64,000 nucleotides of DNA, taken from contig CAZVMH010000004.1 in the NCBI GenBank assembly GCA_964628585.1, positions 9,977 to 73,976 on the forward strand, written 5' to 3'. This stretch comes from an uncultured Candidatus Saccharibacteria bacterium. Lineage in GTDB: Bacteria; Patescibacteriota; UBA1384; XYA2-FULL-43-10; 1-14-0-10-43-13. A program made the position numbers and the translations under genes. The notes below the pieces were generated by a model. That model was not told the DNA's origin. It worked only from the letters and a program-made list of their open reading frames with translations, and did no database searches. Positions 18,683 to 28,388 of this stretch are shown one piece after another (within the stretch, counting starts at the first letter, position 1; each line of letters opens with the position of its first letter).

Positions 18683-20221
18683 TCATTGACTGGTATAACT
18701 TTTACATGAGGACCAATCAGAAGTTTTTGAACTAGCATATCCTAAAGAAGTTCTCAGGTAACAAAAAGCCATATCCAAAAAACTCTTAGCCCAATCTTGC
18801 AGAGCAAGGGCCAAATTACAGAACGCCTTGTAAAGAGCGTCTCCTATCATGGTGTGCCCAGAGATTGTGTCACAAACGCTCGAAGCGTTATTATTTGTAC
18901 TACCACCAGCAGTATCAATTGCTTCCTGTGTCAAACCGGTTATTAATTCAGTTACAGAGTTATTGACTACAGCATAGGGATCATTTTTGCTGGCATAACA
19001 TTTATTAATTTTATTATTTGCATTAACATAGTAAGTCGCAAGCTGAATTTTGATTAAATATGGTAAAAATTCATACCAGCTACTTTCCTGTTCGGCATTT
19101 ACTCTTATTTCGTCCCACGCTATTACTGAGCCGCCCAACGCAAGGCCCATAGCACCTCCCAGTATAGGTCCGCCGACAGCTGATCCTGCGAGAGCTCCAG
19201 GAACTGATGCGATTGATGCACCCACAGTTCGTATTATTCGCGCAGCCCCTTCGGTTTCTATTCCTTGTGGCCTTTTGAGTTCTGCCTCGTGAAAGAAATC
19301 GTTGTATTTTTGGAATACATTTCCAGTTAGTGCAACTGTTGGATATTTTTTACCTTTTTCACCATAAAAAATGCTATATACTTCTCGGTCAAATTCCTTT
19401 ACTTTAGGTGTAATTTTCCCGATATTGTCAAAAAATTTTCCTACGAATAATTCGTCCTCAGCATCTCCTTTCCCTGTTACCGGATCTTTCATCGAATTAA
19501 TAAGATTCTCTTTCATGCTTTTGTAGAATTCATCAATTTCTGCAGATGATCCGCCGTCAAAAATAGGAGTAATTTCTTCTTTACTGCATGCTTCAATCGA
19601 GGTTGCAAGAGGGGCAGAGGAACGAGGTACCTCTGCGATCGTGTTGTTTCCGCTCCTGACGTCTTCCCAAACGTTTTTTGCGATCTTATACATTTCTGTG
19701 TCTACTGCATAAAGATATGGCAAACTTCTGGTTCCCCAATCTGCATCAGCATGTTTTGCACACCGGTAGTCAACCCTGTTATCATTATTCATCCATAAAT
19801 TCCATTTGCGACTATAAATAATATAATTAGTTTGGGTGTTTGTATATAAATTACTAGGTCCGTTTGTCGAAAAACATATGTCTATAACTTTGTTCGGCAC
19901 AATACTTTCGTCCACTATTATGTTAAATGTGCTAACCCCGTAAGGGGTTTTCTTAGAAAACCATGACGAAGCTTTTGGTGCGATTGAGCTGTCTATTCCC
20001 GCTGAATTATTGTATTCTCCAACGCCACCTTCTTGTGCGAAATATGCCGCTTTTCCTTCGTAAATATACTTAATTTCATCTTCTCTCTCAGCCATAGTAT
20101 CTTCAGTGGCAACCTTTTTCCATGTTCCCGCTGCCACTACTTTGTTTTGATTGAGACACGGCGAAAAAATACTAAAGATAAGAAGAAGTATTAGCATCTT
20201 ACGAATTATTATATCCTTCAC
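18683..20221 (-). CDS. Secreted hypothetical protein with glycine-zipper segment; first gene of the T4SS-like operon
   Basis: GTG start with GGAGG SD; signal peptide; GALAGSAVGGPILGGAMGLALGG; Cys-containing C-terminus. Confidence 0.7.
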   Translation of the reverse strand: MKDIIIRKMLILLLIFSIFSPCLNQNKVVAAGTWKKVATEDTMAEREDEIKYIYEGKAAYFAQEGGVGEYNNSAGIDSSIAPKASSWFSKKTPYGVSTFNIIVDESIVPNKVIDICFSTNGPSNLYTNTQTNYIIYSRKWNLWMNNDNRVDYRCAKHADADWGTRSLPYLYAVDTEMYKIAKNVWEDVRSGNNTIAEVPRSSAPLATSIEACSKEEITPIFDGGSSAEIDEFYKSMKENLINSMKDPVTGKGDAEDELFVGKFFDNIGKITPKVKEFDREVYSIFYGEKGKKYPTVALTGNVFQKYNDFFHEAELKRPQGIETEGAARIIRTVGASIASVPGALAGSAVGGPILGGAMGLALGGSVIAWDEIRVNAEQESSWYEFLPYLIKIQLATYYVNANNKINKCYASKNDPYAVVNNSVTELITGLTQEAIDTAGGSTNNNASSVCDTISGHTMIGDALYKAFCNLALALQDWAKSFLDMAFCYLRTSLGYASSKTSDWSSCKSYTSQ

Positions 20222-20373
20222 AGCCCCTCCAAAACTTAAAATTTAGAACGACAAAACATTTTTTGAATATACTCAAAAAAACACTTCTTTGGGAACTTTA
20301 TTACATTATACAATTTATCTATATTCTTTTACAACAAAAAAGAGCCAATAGGACTCTTTGAGCACAATAAATA

Positions 20374-20955
20374 TTATTTTGAGTCGTAATATTTTTGTGC
20401 ATCGGGAGAAAGCTCAATTGAATTTACAGTTTCTTTGTTTGCAATAAGAAAATATTCTTTGGCGATGTCGTAACCTGGGTCCATCTGCAAGGCAGTATCG
20501 GCTGCTACAATGGCAAGCTGATATTCACCGCTTTTTATCAAATCTTGAGATAAGACGACTGCATCCTTTGCATTTGTAGGTACTTCTTTAGCTTTACTAA
20601 ATAGGTTTAGTTGATCGAGGTTATCTCTCTCGGCGTAAAATATCTCTAGCTCCAAAACATTAGTCTGAGCTTTATTAGATAAGCCAATTCGTTCTTGCGC
20701 TTTGGCATTCTTTTTTATGATTATTGCTTTTCGATACTGCAATTCCGCACTTAAATATTTTTTCTGCTCAAGCAAGTCATCACCTTTCGCCACATATCCA
20801 TTAGACAACTTTGCTCGAAGCGGGGAAGAGATAAAAAACAAAACTAAAATGCTGACAACGATATAGACTGGCCAACGAAAAAAAAGCCAATAGTTTACTT
20901 TTTCTTTCTTCTCGGCTTTTAATCGAGATTTTATTCTTTTTTCTCTTGGAGTCAT
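20374..20955 (-). CDS. Membrane-anchored TPR-like protein
   Basis: One TM; TPR-like YVAKGDDLLEQKKYLSAELQYRKA and GEYQLAIVAADTALQMDP. Confidence 0.65.
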   Translation of the reverse strand: MTPREKRIKSRLKAEKKEKVNYWLFFRWPVYIVVSILVLFFISSPLRAKLSNGYVAKGDDLLEQKKYLSAELQYRKAIIIKKNAKAQERIGLSNKAQTNVLELEIFYAERDNLDQLNLFSKAKEVPTNAKDAVVLSQDLIKSGEYQLAIVAADTALQMDPGYDIAKEYFLIANKETVNSIELSPDAQKYYDSK

Positions 20956-21759
20956 TTACCTAAAGTATAAAAATAATACAATTACTGCGATTATAATTCT
21001 GTACCAGACGAAAATAGTAAAACTTCCGCGCTCCAGATATTTTAGTAAAAATTTAATCGCCAAAAAACCGAAAAGTGCAGAGGCAATTACTCCGACAATA
21101 AATGGTAAATCAACAGCACTCAAAGCAATATCTTTTAATTTAAATACGAATGCACCGAGCATAGCTGGAGTGGCTAAAAGAAAGGCGAAACGAGCAGCAT
21201 CTTTTTTTGTTAACCCACCCAGTCGGCCAGCGGTCATTGTGATGCCAGAACGAGAAACGCCTGGCACAAGGGCTAGAGCTTGTGAAATTCCGATCCAGAA
21301 AGAATGATTATAGCTTACTGCTGATAGCTCATTATTTCTTTTTGAATATTTGTCAGCGAGCCATAGAACAATGCCAAAAAAGATTAAGTCAAAAGCAATC
21401 AAAAGCGGGGAGTGAAGATACTTTTCAATGTAATCGTTTAATACTACTCCCAAGATTGCAACAGGAATCGAGGCAACAGCAATCTGCCAAAGAAGGTTAG
21501 AGGGATATTTTTTTATTCCTTCTTCGTATCGATTTTTGTTAAAAGCATGTGTAATTATGTTTATCCAGTCACTCCAAAAAAAGGCGATAATCGCAATTAC
21601 TGTGCCAAAGTGAAGCGCAACATCAAAAGCTAGGCCATCATATTGCCAATTAAAAATATATGGGATAAGAACAAGATGGCCAGAAGAGGAAATTGGTAGA
21701 AATTCCGAGATTCCCTGAACGGCACCAATAAAAAACGATCGAAAAACTTCAATTAGCAT
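20956..21759 (-). CDS. uppP: Undecaprenyl-diphosphate phosphatase
   Basis: GAVQGISEFLPISSSGHL, FDVALHFGT, PGVSRSGIT; start set at ATG 21759. Confidence 0.95.
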   Translation of the reverse strand: MLIEVFRSFFIGAVQGISEFLPISSSGHLVLIPYIFNWQYDGLAFDVALHFGTVIAIIAFFWSDWINIITHAFNKNRYEEGIKKYPSNLLWQIAVASIPVAILGVVLNDYIEKYLHSPLLIAFDLIFFGIVLWLADKYSKRNNELSAVSYNHSFWIGISQALALVPGVSRSGITMTAGRLGGLTKKDAARFAFLLATPAMLGAFVFKLKDIALSAVDLPFIVGVIASALFGFLAIKFLLKYLERGSFTIFVWYRIIIAVIVLFLYFR

Positions 21760-21825
21760 GTTCCAAGTATAGCAAAGAAAGATGATTCGACTCAACCACA
21801 TATTTTTGATGTATAATAGGCCTAC

Positions 21826-22854
21826 ATGGATATCTTTAAATTAAAACGTGAGTTTCTGGAATATTGTGAGTTGGATAGGGGCCAGTCTGTTTTGACTATT
21901 GCAAACTATGATAGATATTTATCGAAATTTTTAAACTGGCTTAAGGCCTATAAGCATGGCAGTATACAGAATACAGATAACAGTAAGCAAACAGAATTGG
22001 CAAAGACCGAAGATTCAACCAACTGTCAAACTGTCAAGCTGTCAAACTGTATACTATGTCCGGAGGACATTGATCAGGAGGTTGTTCGGCAATATCGTCT
22101 TCATATAAATCGTCTACAGGACAAAAGAGGTAGAGAGCTTAAAACAACGACACAAAATTATCATATGATCGCGTTGCGGGCGTTTTTACGATATCTTTCA
22201 TTCCGGGGTGTACCCTCATTATCTCCAGAGAAGATTAACATTGCTAAGACTGGTGACAGGGAAATTACTTTTTTGTCAGCTGATGAATTGGAGAAAATGT
22301 TAAGTACCCCGCCAACTGACAACATTATTGGCCTACGAGACAGAGCCCTTCTAGAGACGCTTTTTTCAACCGGTATGCGCGTTTCAGAGATTTCAGCCTT
22401 AAATTTTGAAGACATCAACTTTGAAAATGGTGAGATTGCTGTTCTCGGTAAAGGTAAAAAGCTTCGGGTTGTTTTCCTCTCACCATCAGCTTTGAATTGG
22501 ATTGATCAATACTTAAAAAATCGAGACAAAATATTAGATTCAACTGAAGGTGAACCACTCTTTATTTCAAATAAAAAAACGCGCCTTTCGGTACGTACAA
22601 TTGAACGAATTGTAACCAGATACGCTACCCTGTCCGGTCTCTCTAAAAAAATATCTCCTCATACTTTTCGACACTCTTTTGCTACTGATTTACTTTCAGC
22701 TGGAGCCGATGTTCGTAGCGTTCAGTCTCTTCTTGGCCATTCTTCTATAACCACCACTCAAATTTATACTCATGTTACAGACAAACATCTAAGGGAGGTT
22801 CATCAAGCATTTCATGGTATTACAAAAAAAAATAACCCAGAAGAAAATAAATAA
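21826..22854 (+). CDS. XerC/XerD-family tyrosine recombinase
   Basis: RDRALLETLFSTGMRVSE, GKGKKLR, HTFRHSFATDLL, LLGHSSITTTQIYTH. Confidence 0.93.
   Translation: MDIFKLKREFLEYCELDRGQSVLTIANYDRYLSKFLNWLKAYKHGSIQNTDNSKQTELAKTEDSTNCQTVKLSNCILCPEDIDQEVVRQYRLHINRLQDKRGRELKTTTQNYHMIALRAFLRYLSFRGVPSLSPEKINIAKTGDREITFLSADELEKMLSTPPTDNIIGLRDRALLETLFSTGMRVSEISALNFEDINFENGEIAVLGKGKKLRVVFLSPSALNWIDQYLKNRDKILDSTEGEPLFISNKKTRLSVRTIERIVTRYATLSGLSKKISPHTFRHSFATDLLSAGADVRSVQSLLGHSSITTTQIYTHVTDKHLREVHQAFHGITKKNNPEENK
21960..22055. repeat. In-frame inverted 7/8-mer arrays inside the xer gene
   Basis: CAGTATA CAGAATA CAGATAA CAGTAAG ... AACTGTCA AACTGTCA AGCTGTCA AACTGTAT ACT. Confidence 0.8.
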
Positions 22855-22874
22855 TAAATTTATAATCTTGCGGG

Positions 22875-23021
22875 TTATTGGTCGTCTGGTTCTGCGAAAG
22901 CGTCGCTCCACATCTCAACTACTTCGACAGTACTTTGTTTTTTGGGACGCAAAGAAGCAATACTTTGTTTGATATTTTCTATTCGTTCTAAACCGGGCTG
23001 TTCTATTGTTTGCGTTTTCAC
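22875..23021 (-). CDS. Small hypothetical protein (48 aa; 53 aa from ATG 23036), below ORF-track cutoff
   Basis: GTG start preceded by GGAGGAGG; MKTQTIEQPGLERIENIKQSIASLRPKKQSTVEVVEMWSDAFAEPDDQ; consensus promoter upstream. Confidence 0.7.
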   Translation of the reverse strand: MKTQTIEQPGLERIENIKQSIASLRPKKQSTVEVVEMWSDAFAEPDDQ

Positions 23022-23053
23022 AATTTCCTCCTCCATTAAATATATAATAGATC

Positions 23054-23082
23054 ATTATAACAAAAAGACCACAGAATGTCAA
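23054..23082 (-). promoter_or_regulatory. Consensus sigma70 promoter
   Basis: TTGACA-17 nt-TATAAT with TGn extension on the minus strand. Confidence 0.85.
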
Positions 23083-23114
23083 TACCTTTCGGCAAAAACA
23101 GGTGGTCTAATATA

Positions 23115-24437
23115 TTACAGAAATCTTTTTTTGAGGGCTTCTGTTGCGATTTTTCGATCTGAAAATGGAATAAATTTATCTAGCCCAATAGCCATAACTT
23201 CTTCGGCTCCTTTGCCAGTGATAATTACGACGTCATTCTTTTTTGCCTCTCGAATTGCTTTAATAATGGCTTGCTCCCGATCAGATACTTTCCAATAGTT
23301 TCGATTCAAATGCCACTGATGTTTTTTCTTTGCTCCAGTGTGAATGGCTTCGGCAACTTGTTCGATTATCTCATCTGGGTCCTCATCATATGGGTCTTCA
23401 TTTGTAAAGACGACAAGGTCGGCAAAATGACCAGCCAAAGCGCCCATAATCGGTCTTTTTGTTTTGTCTCTTCGTCCAGTTGCACCGAGGACTGCTATAA
23501 TTCTGCCTCCATTTTGGCCGACGGATTCTTTAACTGTTTCATATACGTTTTTAAGCGAATCAGCGTTGTGGGCGTAGTCGATAATAACGGAAAAATCTTG
23601 GCCTTTAGCAACCCTTATTGATTCCATCCTACCAGAGATTAGGACTACATTTTCAAGACCAGCTTTAATTTTCTCTGGGTCAATCTCAAGGGCCAAGCCA
23701 GTACAAAAAGCAGCCAGAGCATTTGAAACATTGAAACGTCCCGGAATATTTAATTTGATTGTAATCTGTCCTTCGTCGCAAGCGGCTGTAAAAGTTGTAC
23801 TATCGGGCGAAGTTAGAATTTTTCGTGCAATAGCGCCGTGCTCGACCATTTTATTTTGGGAAAACAGGAACTTTTCTTTTGCTGGAAGCTGATAAAACTT
23901 ATTCCAATTAGTATCGTCCATATTAATAATAAATTTTGCTTGAGGATTATCTTGAAATACCTTTAGTTTGGCTGCGAGATAATTCTCTTTGGTCTTGTGA
24001 TATTCAAGATGTTCGTGTGAGAGATTGGTGTAAACCAGAATATCGTAATCAATGCCGTAAATGCGGTTTTGGTCGATAGCTTGAGAAGAGGTTTCTAAAA
24101 TTACATACTCACACTTCTCTTTAACTGCTTCTTTGAGAAATTTCTGAATGACTGAAGCGGGAGGAGTGGTAACCCAGCGTGCTTTAGTGGTGTGAGGGGT
24201 AAATTTGTCGCCCATTTTAGTGTTGATGGTCGTTTCCATAGCATTTTTGATGCCAGCTTCGTCCAAAATCGAGGCAATCATATTGCAGACAGAGGTCTTA
24301 CCCTTTGTTCCGGTTACGCCAATAACCTTGATTTTGCTGGCCGGATTGCCGTGCCGAGCAATAGCAAACTTTGCTTCTAACTTATGGAATTTATTTTTTG
24401 TCTCTTGACTCATTAGTTTTGACAATATTTTTCGCAT
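23115..24437 (-). CDS. murE: UDP-N-acetylmuramoyl-tripeptide synthetase (MurE-like)
   Basis: GVTGTKGKTS, ETSSQA, TNLSHEHLEYH, IDYAHN, KRPIMG, TNEDP, TGKG. Confidence 0.9.
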   Translation of the reverse strand: MRKILSKLMSQETKNKFHKLEAKFAIARHGNPASKIKVIGVTGTKGKTSVCNMIASILDEAGIKNAMETTINTKMGDKFTPHTTKARWVTTPPASVIQKFLKEAVKEKCEYVILETSSQAIDQNRIYGIDYDILVYTNLSHEHLEYHKTKENYLAAKLKVFQDNPQAKFIINMDDTNWNKFYQLPAKEKFLFSQNKMVEHGAIARKILTSPDSTTFTAACDEGQITIKLNIPGRFNVSNALAAFCTGLALEIDPEKIKAGLENVVLISGRMESIRVAKGQDFSVIIDYAHNADSLKNVYETVKESVGQNGGRIIAVLGATGRRDKTKRPIMGALAGHFADLVVFTNEDPYDEDPDEIIEQVAEAIHTGAKKKHQWHLNRNYWKVSDREQAIIKAIREAKKNDVVIITGKGAEEVMAIGLDKFIPFSDRKIATEALKKRFL

Positions 24438-24439
24438 AT

Positions 24440-25342
24440 TTATCTTCTAATCTTTTCGGCTATTTTAAAGGCTTGATATTCAATGGGGCGAATCGGTAAA
24501 TCGTACGATCCAGCTATATCAATTTGTTCTCCACCAAACTGCTTTTTAAAGCGGGTAATGCCAGCCCAAGGGTGTTTTTCGTCATCATTGGGCGCAACAC
24601 CTAGAAAGTTATATTCCTTCAGGTTCCTTGCTCTAGAATCCTTTATGATCTGCCAATGTAGCAGGTATGGGGCCATTAAGTTTCTATTAACATCTGAAGA
24701 TCCACCATAGAGATAGAGGGCGCTCTGCCCATAAAACAGAATGATAGCAGAAGCAAGGGCTTTTTCTCCATGCCAAGCCGTGTAGACCAAAGCATAGTCA
24801 GATTTTCCGAAAATTGCAAGTAGGGAAGTAAAATATTCGGGACCTCGATAAGAGATTTTATGTCTTTTGCCAGTGGCAGAATATTGCTTATAGAACTCTT
24901 TTAACTCTTTGCTATCGGCGTCGTTAGAGCTGGTCACTTTTACGCCAGCGTTCTCGGCAATTTTGATATTGTAACGACCCTTTTGTTTCATGCCAGTCAG
25001 AATTTCCTCTTCAGTTTTATCGATATCCAGAACCCAATTGTGTTCAGGCTGCATTTCCTCGAAAGATTTTACAAAGCCAGCGGGCAAATCGGCATCTTTT
25101 GGAGCATTCAGCTCCAGTCGGTAAAGTATCGATTTATTTTCTAATGCAATCTTACGAATTTGCTTTACAAAATCAGCAGATTTATAGCTTCTATCTGAAA
25201 CAAGGGGAGAATAGAGCATTGATCGTCCAAGGGGAAGCTTCTTTTGTAAAACCAAAATATTGCCGATACGATGACTGTTTTCGTAACCGGTTTTAAGTTT
25301 AAATTCTTCCCACTCTGGAGATTGAAAAATAGTAAAGTCCAT
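24440..25342 (-). CDS. FemAB/FemX-family lipid II aminoacyltransferase
   Basis: FQSPEWEEFK, MKQKGRYNIKIA, YLYGGS, APYLLHWQII, GITRFKKQFGG. Confidence 0.9.
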   Translation of the reverse strand: MDFTIFQSPEWEEFKLKTGYENSHRIGNILVLQKKLPLGRSMLYSPLVSDRSYKSADFVKQIRKIALENKSILYRLELNAPKDADLPAGFVKSFEEMQPEHNWVLDIDKTEEEILTGMKQKGRYNIKIAENAGVKVTSSNDADSKELKEFYKQYSATGKRHKISYRGPEYFTSLLAIFGKSDYALVYTAWHGEKALASAIILFYGQSALYLYGGSSDVNRNLMAPYLLHWQIIKDSRARNLKEYNFLGVAPNDDEKHPWAGITRFKKQFGGEQIDIAGSYDLPIRPIEYQAFKIAEKIRR

Positions 25343-25408
25343 TAAGCCCATTTTATCACTTTCTTGGACTGGAAGAAAGGGTGAAAAAATGGTAAGATGA
25401 GATCAATT

Positions 25409-26506
25409 ATGGAATCAAAAAATATCAAAATACTAGCAATAGAGAGTAGTTGCGATGAAACGGCCGCAGCAGTTATTGGTGTGGAAAATGGTCAGCCAAA
25501 AATACTTTCAAATATTGTCAGTTCCCAAGTAGATTTACATGCCTTGACGGGTGGAGTAGTACCAGAGGTAGCATCGAGAGCACATGTGGAAGCAATAGTT
25601 CCTGTTATTACAGAAGCACTTTTGGGAGACCAAAAATCAGAAAAACTTGATTTTCAGGAAGCAATCAAAATTTTACAAGATGAAATTGATTATATTGCTG
25701 TTACATCTGGCCCAGGGCTTATCGGCTCACTATTAGTTGGGTTTAACGCTGCCAAAACACTTGCTTATGCGTTAGATAAACCGATAATTCCAATCAATCA
25801 TATTGAAGGACACATATATTCGGTTTTTAGTGATAACAGTGCAAAGATCGAATTCCCAATTATCTCTCTGACTGTTTCTGGTGGCCACACTTCATTAACA
25901 CTAATAAAGAATCATGGAGAATACGAAACTCTTGGAGAAACTATAGATGATGCAGCAGGAGAAGCCTTTGATAAGGTGGCTAAATTATTGTGTTTAGGCT
26001 ATCCTGGTGGTCCAGTAGTCTCTAAATATGCTCAGCAATTCAGAGAAAAACCAACAAAATCTGAAATTGTATTTACAAGACCAATCTTAAACGATGGAAC
26101 TTTTAACTTTTCTTTTTCTGGCTTGAAGACAGCTGTTCTTCAGAAAGTGATTGATCTGAAGAAAGAGCATAGTGATGATCTTTCAGACGAAACTAAACAA
26201 GAAGTTTGTGCTGCTTTTGAGGATGCAGTAGTCGATGTTCTAGTGACTAAAACAATGAAAGCGGCAGATAAGTATAAACCAAAAGCAATTATTCTGGCCG
26301 GGGGTGTCGCTGCCAACAAGTGCTTGCGAGCCAATATGCGATCAGCTATTAGCAATAGGCAATTAGCTAAATTTCTTGTTCCTCCAATGAATTTATGTGG
26401 CGACAATGCTGCTATGATCGGACTGGCTGCTTACTATCACATTATTCGTGACGATGTATCAAACTGGAAAAACACAGAAGTTGATTCCAACCTCGAACTC
26501 AAATAG
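25409..26506 (+). CDS. tsaD: tRNA N6-threonylcarbamoyladenosine transferase
   Basis: ILAIESSCDETAAA, GGVVPEVASRAH, NHIEGH, VSGGHT, DDAAGEAFDK, GGVAAN, DNAAMI. Confidence 0.95.
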   Translation: MESKNIKILAIESSCDETAAAVIGVENGQPKILSNIVSSQVDLHALTGGVVPEVASRAHVEAIVPVITEALLGDQKSEKLDFQEAIKILQDEIDYIAVTSGPGLIGSLLVGFNAAKTLAYALDKPIIPINHIEGHIYSVFSDNSAKIEFPIISLTVSGGHTSLTLIKNHGEYETLGETIDDAAGEAFDKVAKLLCLGYPGGPVVSKYAQQFREKPTKSEIVFTRPILNDGTFNFSFSGLKTAVLQKVIDLKKEHSDDLSDETKQEVCAAFEDAVVDVLVTKTMKAADKYKPKAIILAGGVAANKCLRANMRSAISNRQLAKFLVPPMNLCGDNAAMIGLAAYYHIIRDDVSNWKNTEVDSNLELK

Positions 26507-26511
26507 CAAAC

Positions 26512-26542
26512 ACATAAGCTGATGGGCGCTTATGTTATTTTT
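26512..26542 (+). terminator. Possible intrinsic terminator after tsaD
   Basis: ACATAAGC/GCTTATGT stem followed by a T-rich run. Confidence 0.45.
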
Positions 26543-26576
26543 GTGGTATAATAAATTCAATCTAACAAGGAAGAAA

Positions 26577-27551
26577 ATGGAACAAAAAGGGGAGCTAATA
26601 ATCTATAAATCAAAGAGTGGTGAAGTTGAAATTAAAACCACCCTCAAAAATGATTCAATCTGGTTATCACTAAATCAAATGGCGGATCTTTTTGGCGCTG
26701 ATAAATCAGGCATATCGAGGCATATAAAAAATATTTACTTGACTCGCGAGCTCATTCCAGAAGCAACTGTTGCAAAAATTGCAACAGTTCAAAAAGAAGG
26801 CAGAAAAACAGTAAAAAGATATATTGAGAATTATAATCTTGATATGATTTTGTCTGTTGGATATCGAGTCAATTCTAAAAAAGCGACTGATTTTCGTGTT
26901 TGGGCGACGAAGACTTTGCGTCAATATTTGGTTCAGGGATATTTAGTTAATGACAAACGGTTTATTGAGGCCCAAAAAATTGTTCGCTTCATTGCCGAGA
27001 AATCCAAAACTTTAGAGTTAACAGGCCATGAAAAAGAAATTCTCGACGTTATTGAACGCTACTCCAAAACTTGGAAAGTTCTGGGGCAGTATGACGAAGG
27101 CAAAATTGAAATTAAAAAGCAAAAGAAAGCCAAGTTTGCCCTTAACTACTATAAATGCCATGAAATTATTGAAGAGCTGAGAGAAGACCTCGTTAAGAAA
27201 AAAATTGCCGGAGATCTCTTTGGTTCAGAGAGAAGCCATGGTCTTGAAGGGATTATTGGCAATCTATATCAAACCTTTGACGGGAACGAATTATACGATT
27301 CAATCGAAGAAAAAGCGGCCCATCTCTTATATTTTGTGATCAAAGATCATCCATTTTCAGATGGCAACAAGCGTATCGGATCTCTTTTGTTTTTGTATTT
27401 TTTAGAGCAAAACAGTTTCTTATTCAAAAAAACTGGTGAGACAAAGATTGCTGACCGAACTTTAGTCGCGTTAGCGCTTCTTATAGCATCTAGCGACCCA
27501 AAAGAGAAAGAAACGATGGTCAGACTCATTATCAATTTAGTTCAGGACTAA
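26577..27551 (+). CDS. RhuM-like domain fused to Fic/Doc domain
   Basis: IWLSLNQMADLF, YNLDMILSVGYRVNS (RhuM); HPFSDGNKRIG (Doc-type motif). TGGTATAAT and AAGGA upstream. Confidence 0.9.
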   Translation: MEQKGELIIYKSKSGEVEIKTTLKNDSIWLSLNQMADLFGADKSGISRHIKNIYLTRELIPEATVAKIATVQKEGRKTVKRYIENYNLDMILSVGYRVNSKKATDFRVWATKTLRQYLVQGYLVNDKRFIEAQKIVRFIAEKSKTLELTGHEKEILDVIERYSKTWKVLGQYDEGKIEIKKQKKAKFALNYYKCHEIIEELREDLVKKKIAGDLFGSERSHGLEGIIGNLYQTFDGNELYDSIEEKAAHLLYFVIKDHPFSDGNKRIGSLLFLYFLEQNSFLFKKTGETKIADRTLVALALLIASSDPKEKETMVRLIINLVQD

Positions 27552-27647
27552 TCATCTTTCACCTATGAGATGGCGGATCGGATGGGTTTTTTTATTGCTC
27601 AAAATCAGTTATTATTTAATAGTCTCATACTTTTTGCTTAATATTTC

Positions 27648-28292
27648 ATGATTCTAGCGCACATGATTACAAACTTAATCGACATTTTAGCGAATTTCGT
27701 TGTTCATACTATTGGGATAATGGGTTATCCGGGAATATTCCTTTTGATGTTAGTTGAATCTTGTGGAATTCTGATGCCCTCTGAAGTGATTATGCCATTC
27801 TCTGGTTTTCTTGTTGCAGATGGTAGAATGACACTTTGGGCTATCACGGCTGCAGGCACAATTGGTAATTTAATTGGTTCTCTCTTGGCTTATTGGATTG
27901 CTTATAAAGGCGGAAGACCATTAATTGAAAAATATGGCAAGTATATTCTGATCTCAAAACACGATCTTGACTTAGCAGATCGTTGGTTTAGTAAATATGG
28001 CGATTGGACAGTTTTTTTCGGTCGACTTTTACCAGTTGTTCGAACTTACATTTCTTTTCCAGCTGGAATTGCTAAAATGGATGTTAAAAAATTTGCACTT
28101 TATACTACACTCGGTGCTTTGCCGTGGACATTACTTTTTGGTTGGCTTGGAGTGAAAATGGGAGCAAACTGGGAAGCTATTCGAACTAAACTACATAGTT
28201 TTGATATGGCGATGTTAATTCTTGTGATTATATTCATAGTTTGGTACATTTGGAGACACATCAGAAACAACAAAAGAGTTGTAACTAAGTAA
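27648..28292 (+). CDS. dedA: DedA family membrane protein
   Basis: PSEVIMPFSG, FFGRLLPVVRTYISFPAG. Confidence 0.92.
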   Translation: MILAHMITNLIDILANFVVHTIGIMGYPGIFLLMLVESCGILMPSEVIMPFSGFLVADGRMTLWAITAAGTIGNLIGSLLAYWIAYKGGRPLIEKYGKYILISKHDLDLADRWFSKYGDWTVFFGRLLPVVRTYISFPAGIAKMDVKKFALYTTLGALPWTLLFGWLGVKMGANWEAIRTKLHSFDMAMLILVIIFIVWYIWRHIRNNKRVVTK

Positions 28293-28319
28293 ATAAAATA
28301 GTTTTTTTAAGTACTTAAT

Positions 28320-28349
28320 AAAAAACCTTCTTATTTAAGAAGGTTTTTT
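28320..28349. terminator. Bidirectional intrinsic terminator
   Basis: AAAAAACCTTCTT-ATTT-AAGAAGGTTTTTT between convergent genes. Confidence 0.8.
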
Positions 28350-28388
28350 AAAATGTGTCTTGATCTTATCTCCACTAACCACTTCTTA

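Noticed and set aside
18614-18685. TGA followed by a coding-looking stretch (SNGSITLGGISSSGFG), suggesting UGA=Gly (code 25)
   Set aside because: Other genes clearly end at TGA with ATGA overlaps (rmlA/rmlC, DegT/GNAT), and long genes have no internal TGA.
6049-22854. ICE made of the T4SS genes plus the tyrosine recombinase
   Set aside because: The recombinase looks like housekeeping Xer and is separated by uppP and a TPR gene; no relaxase or att repeats seen.
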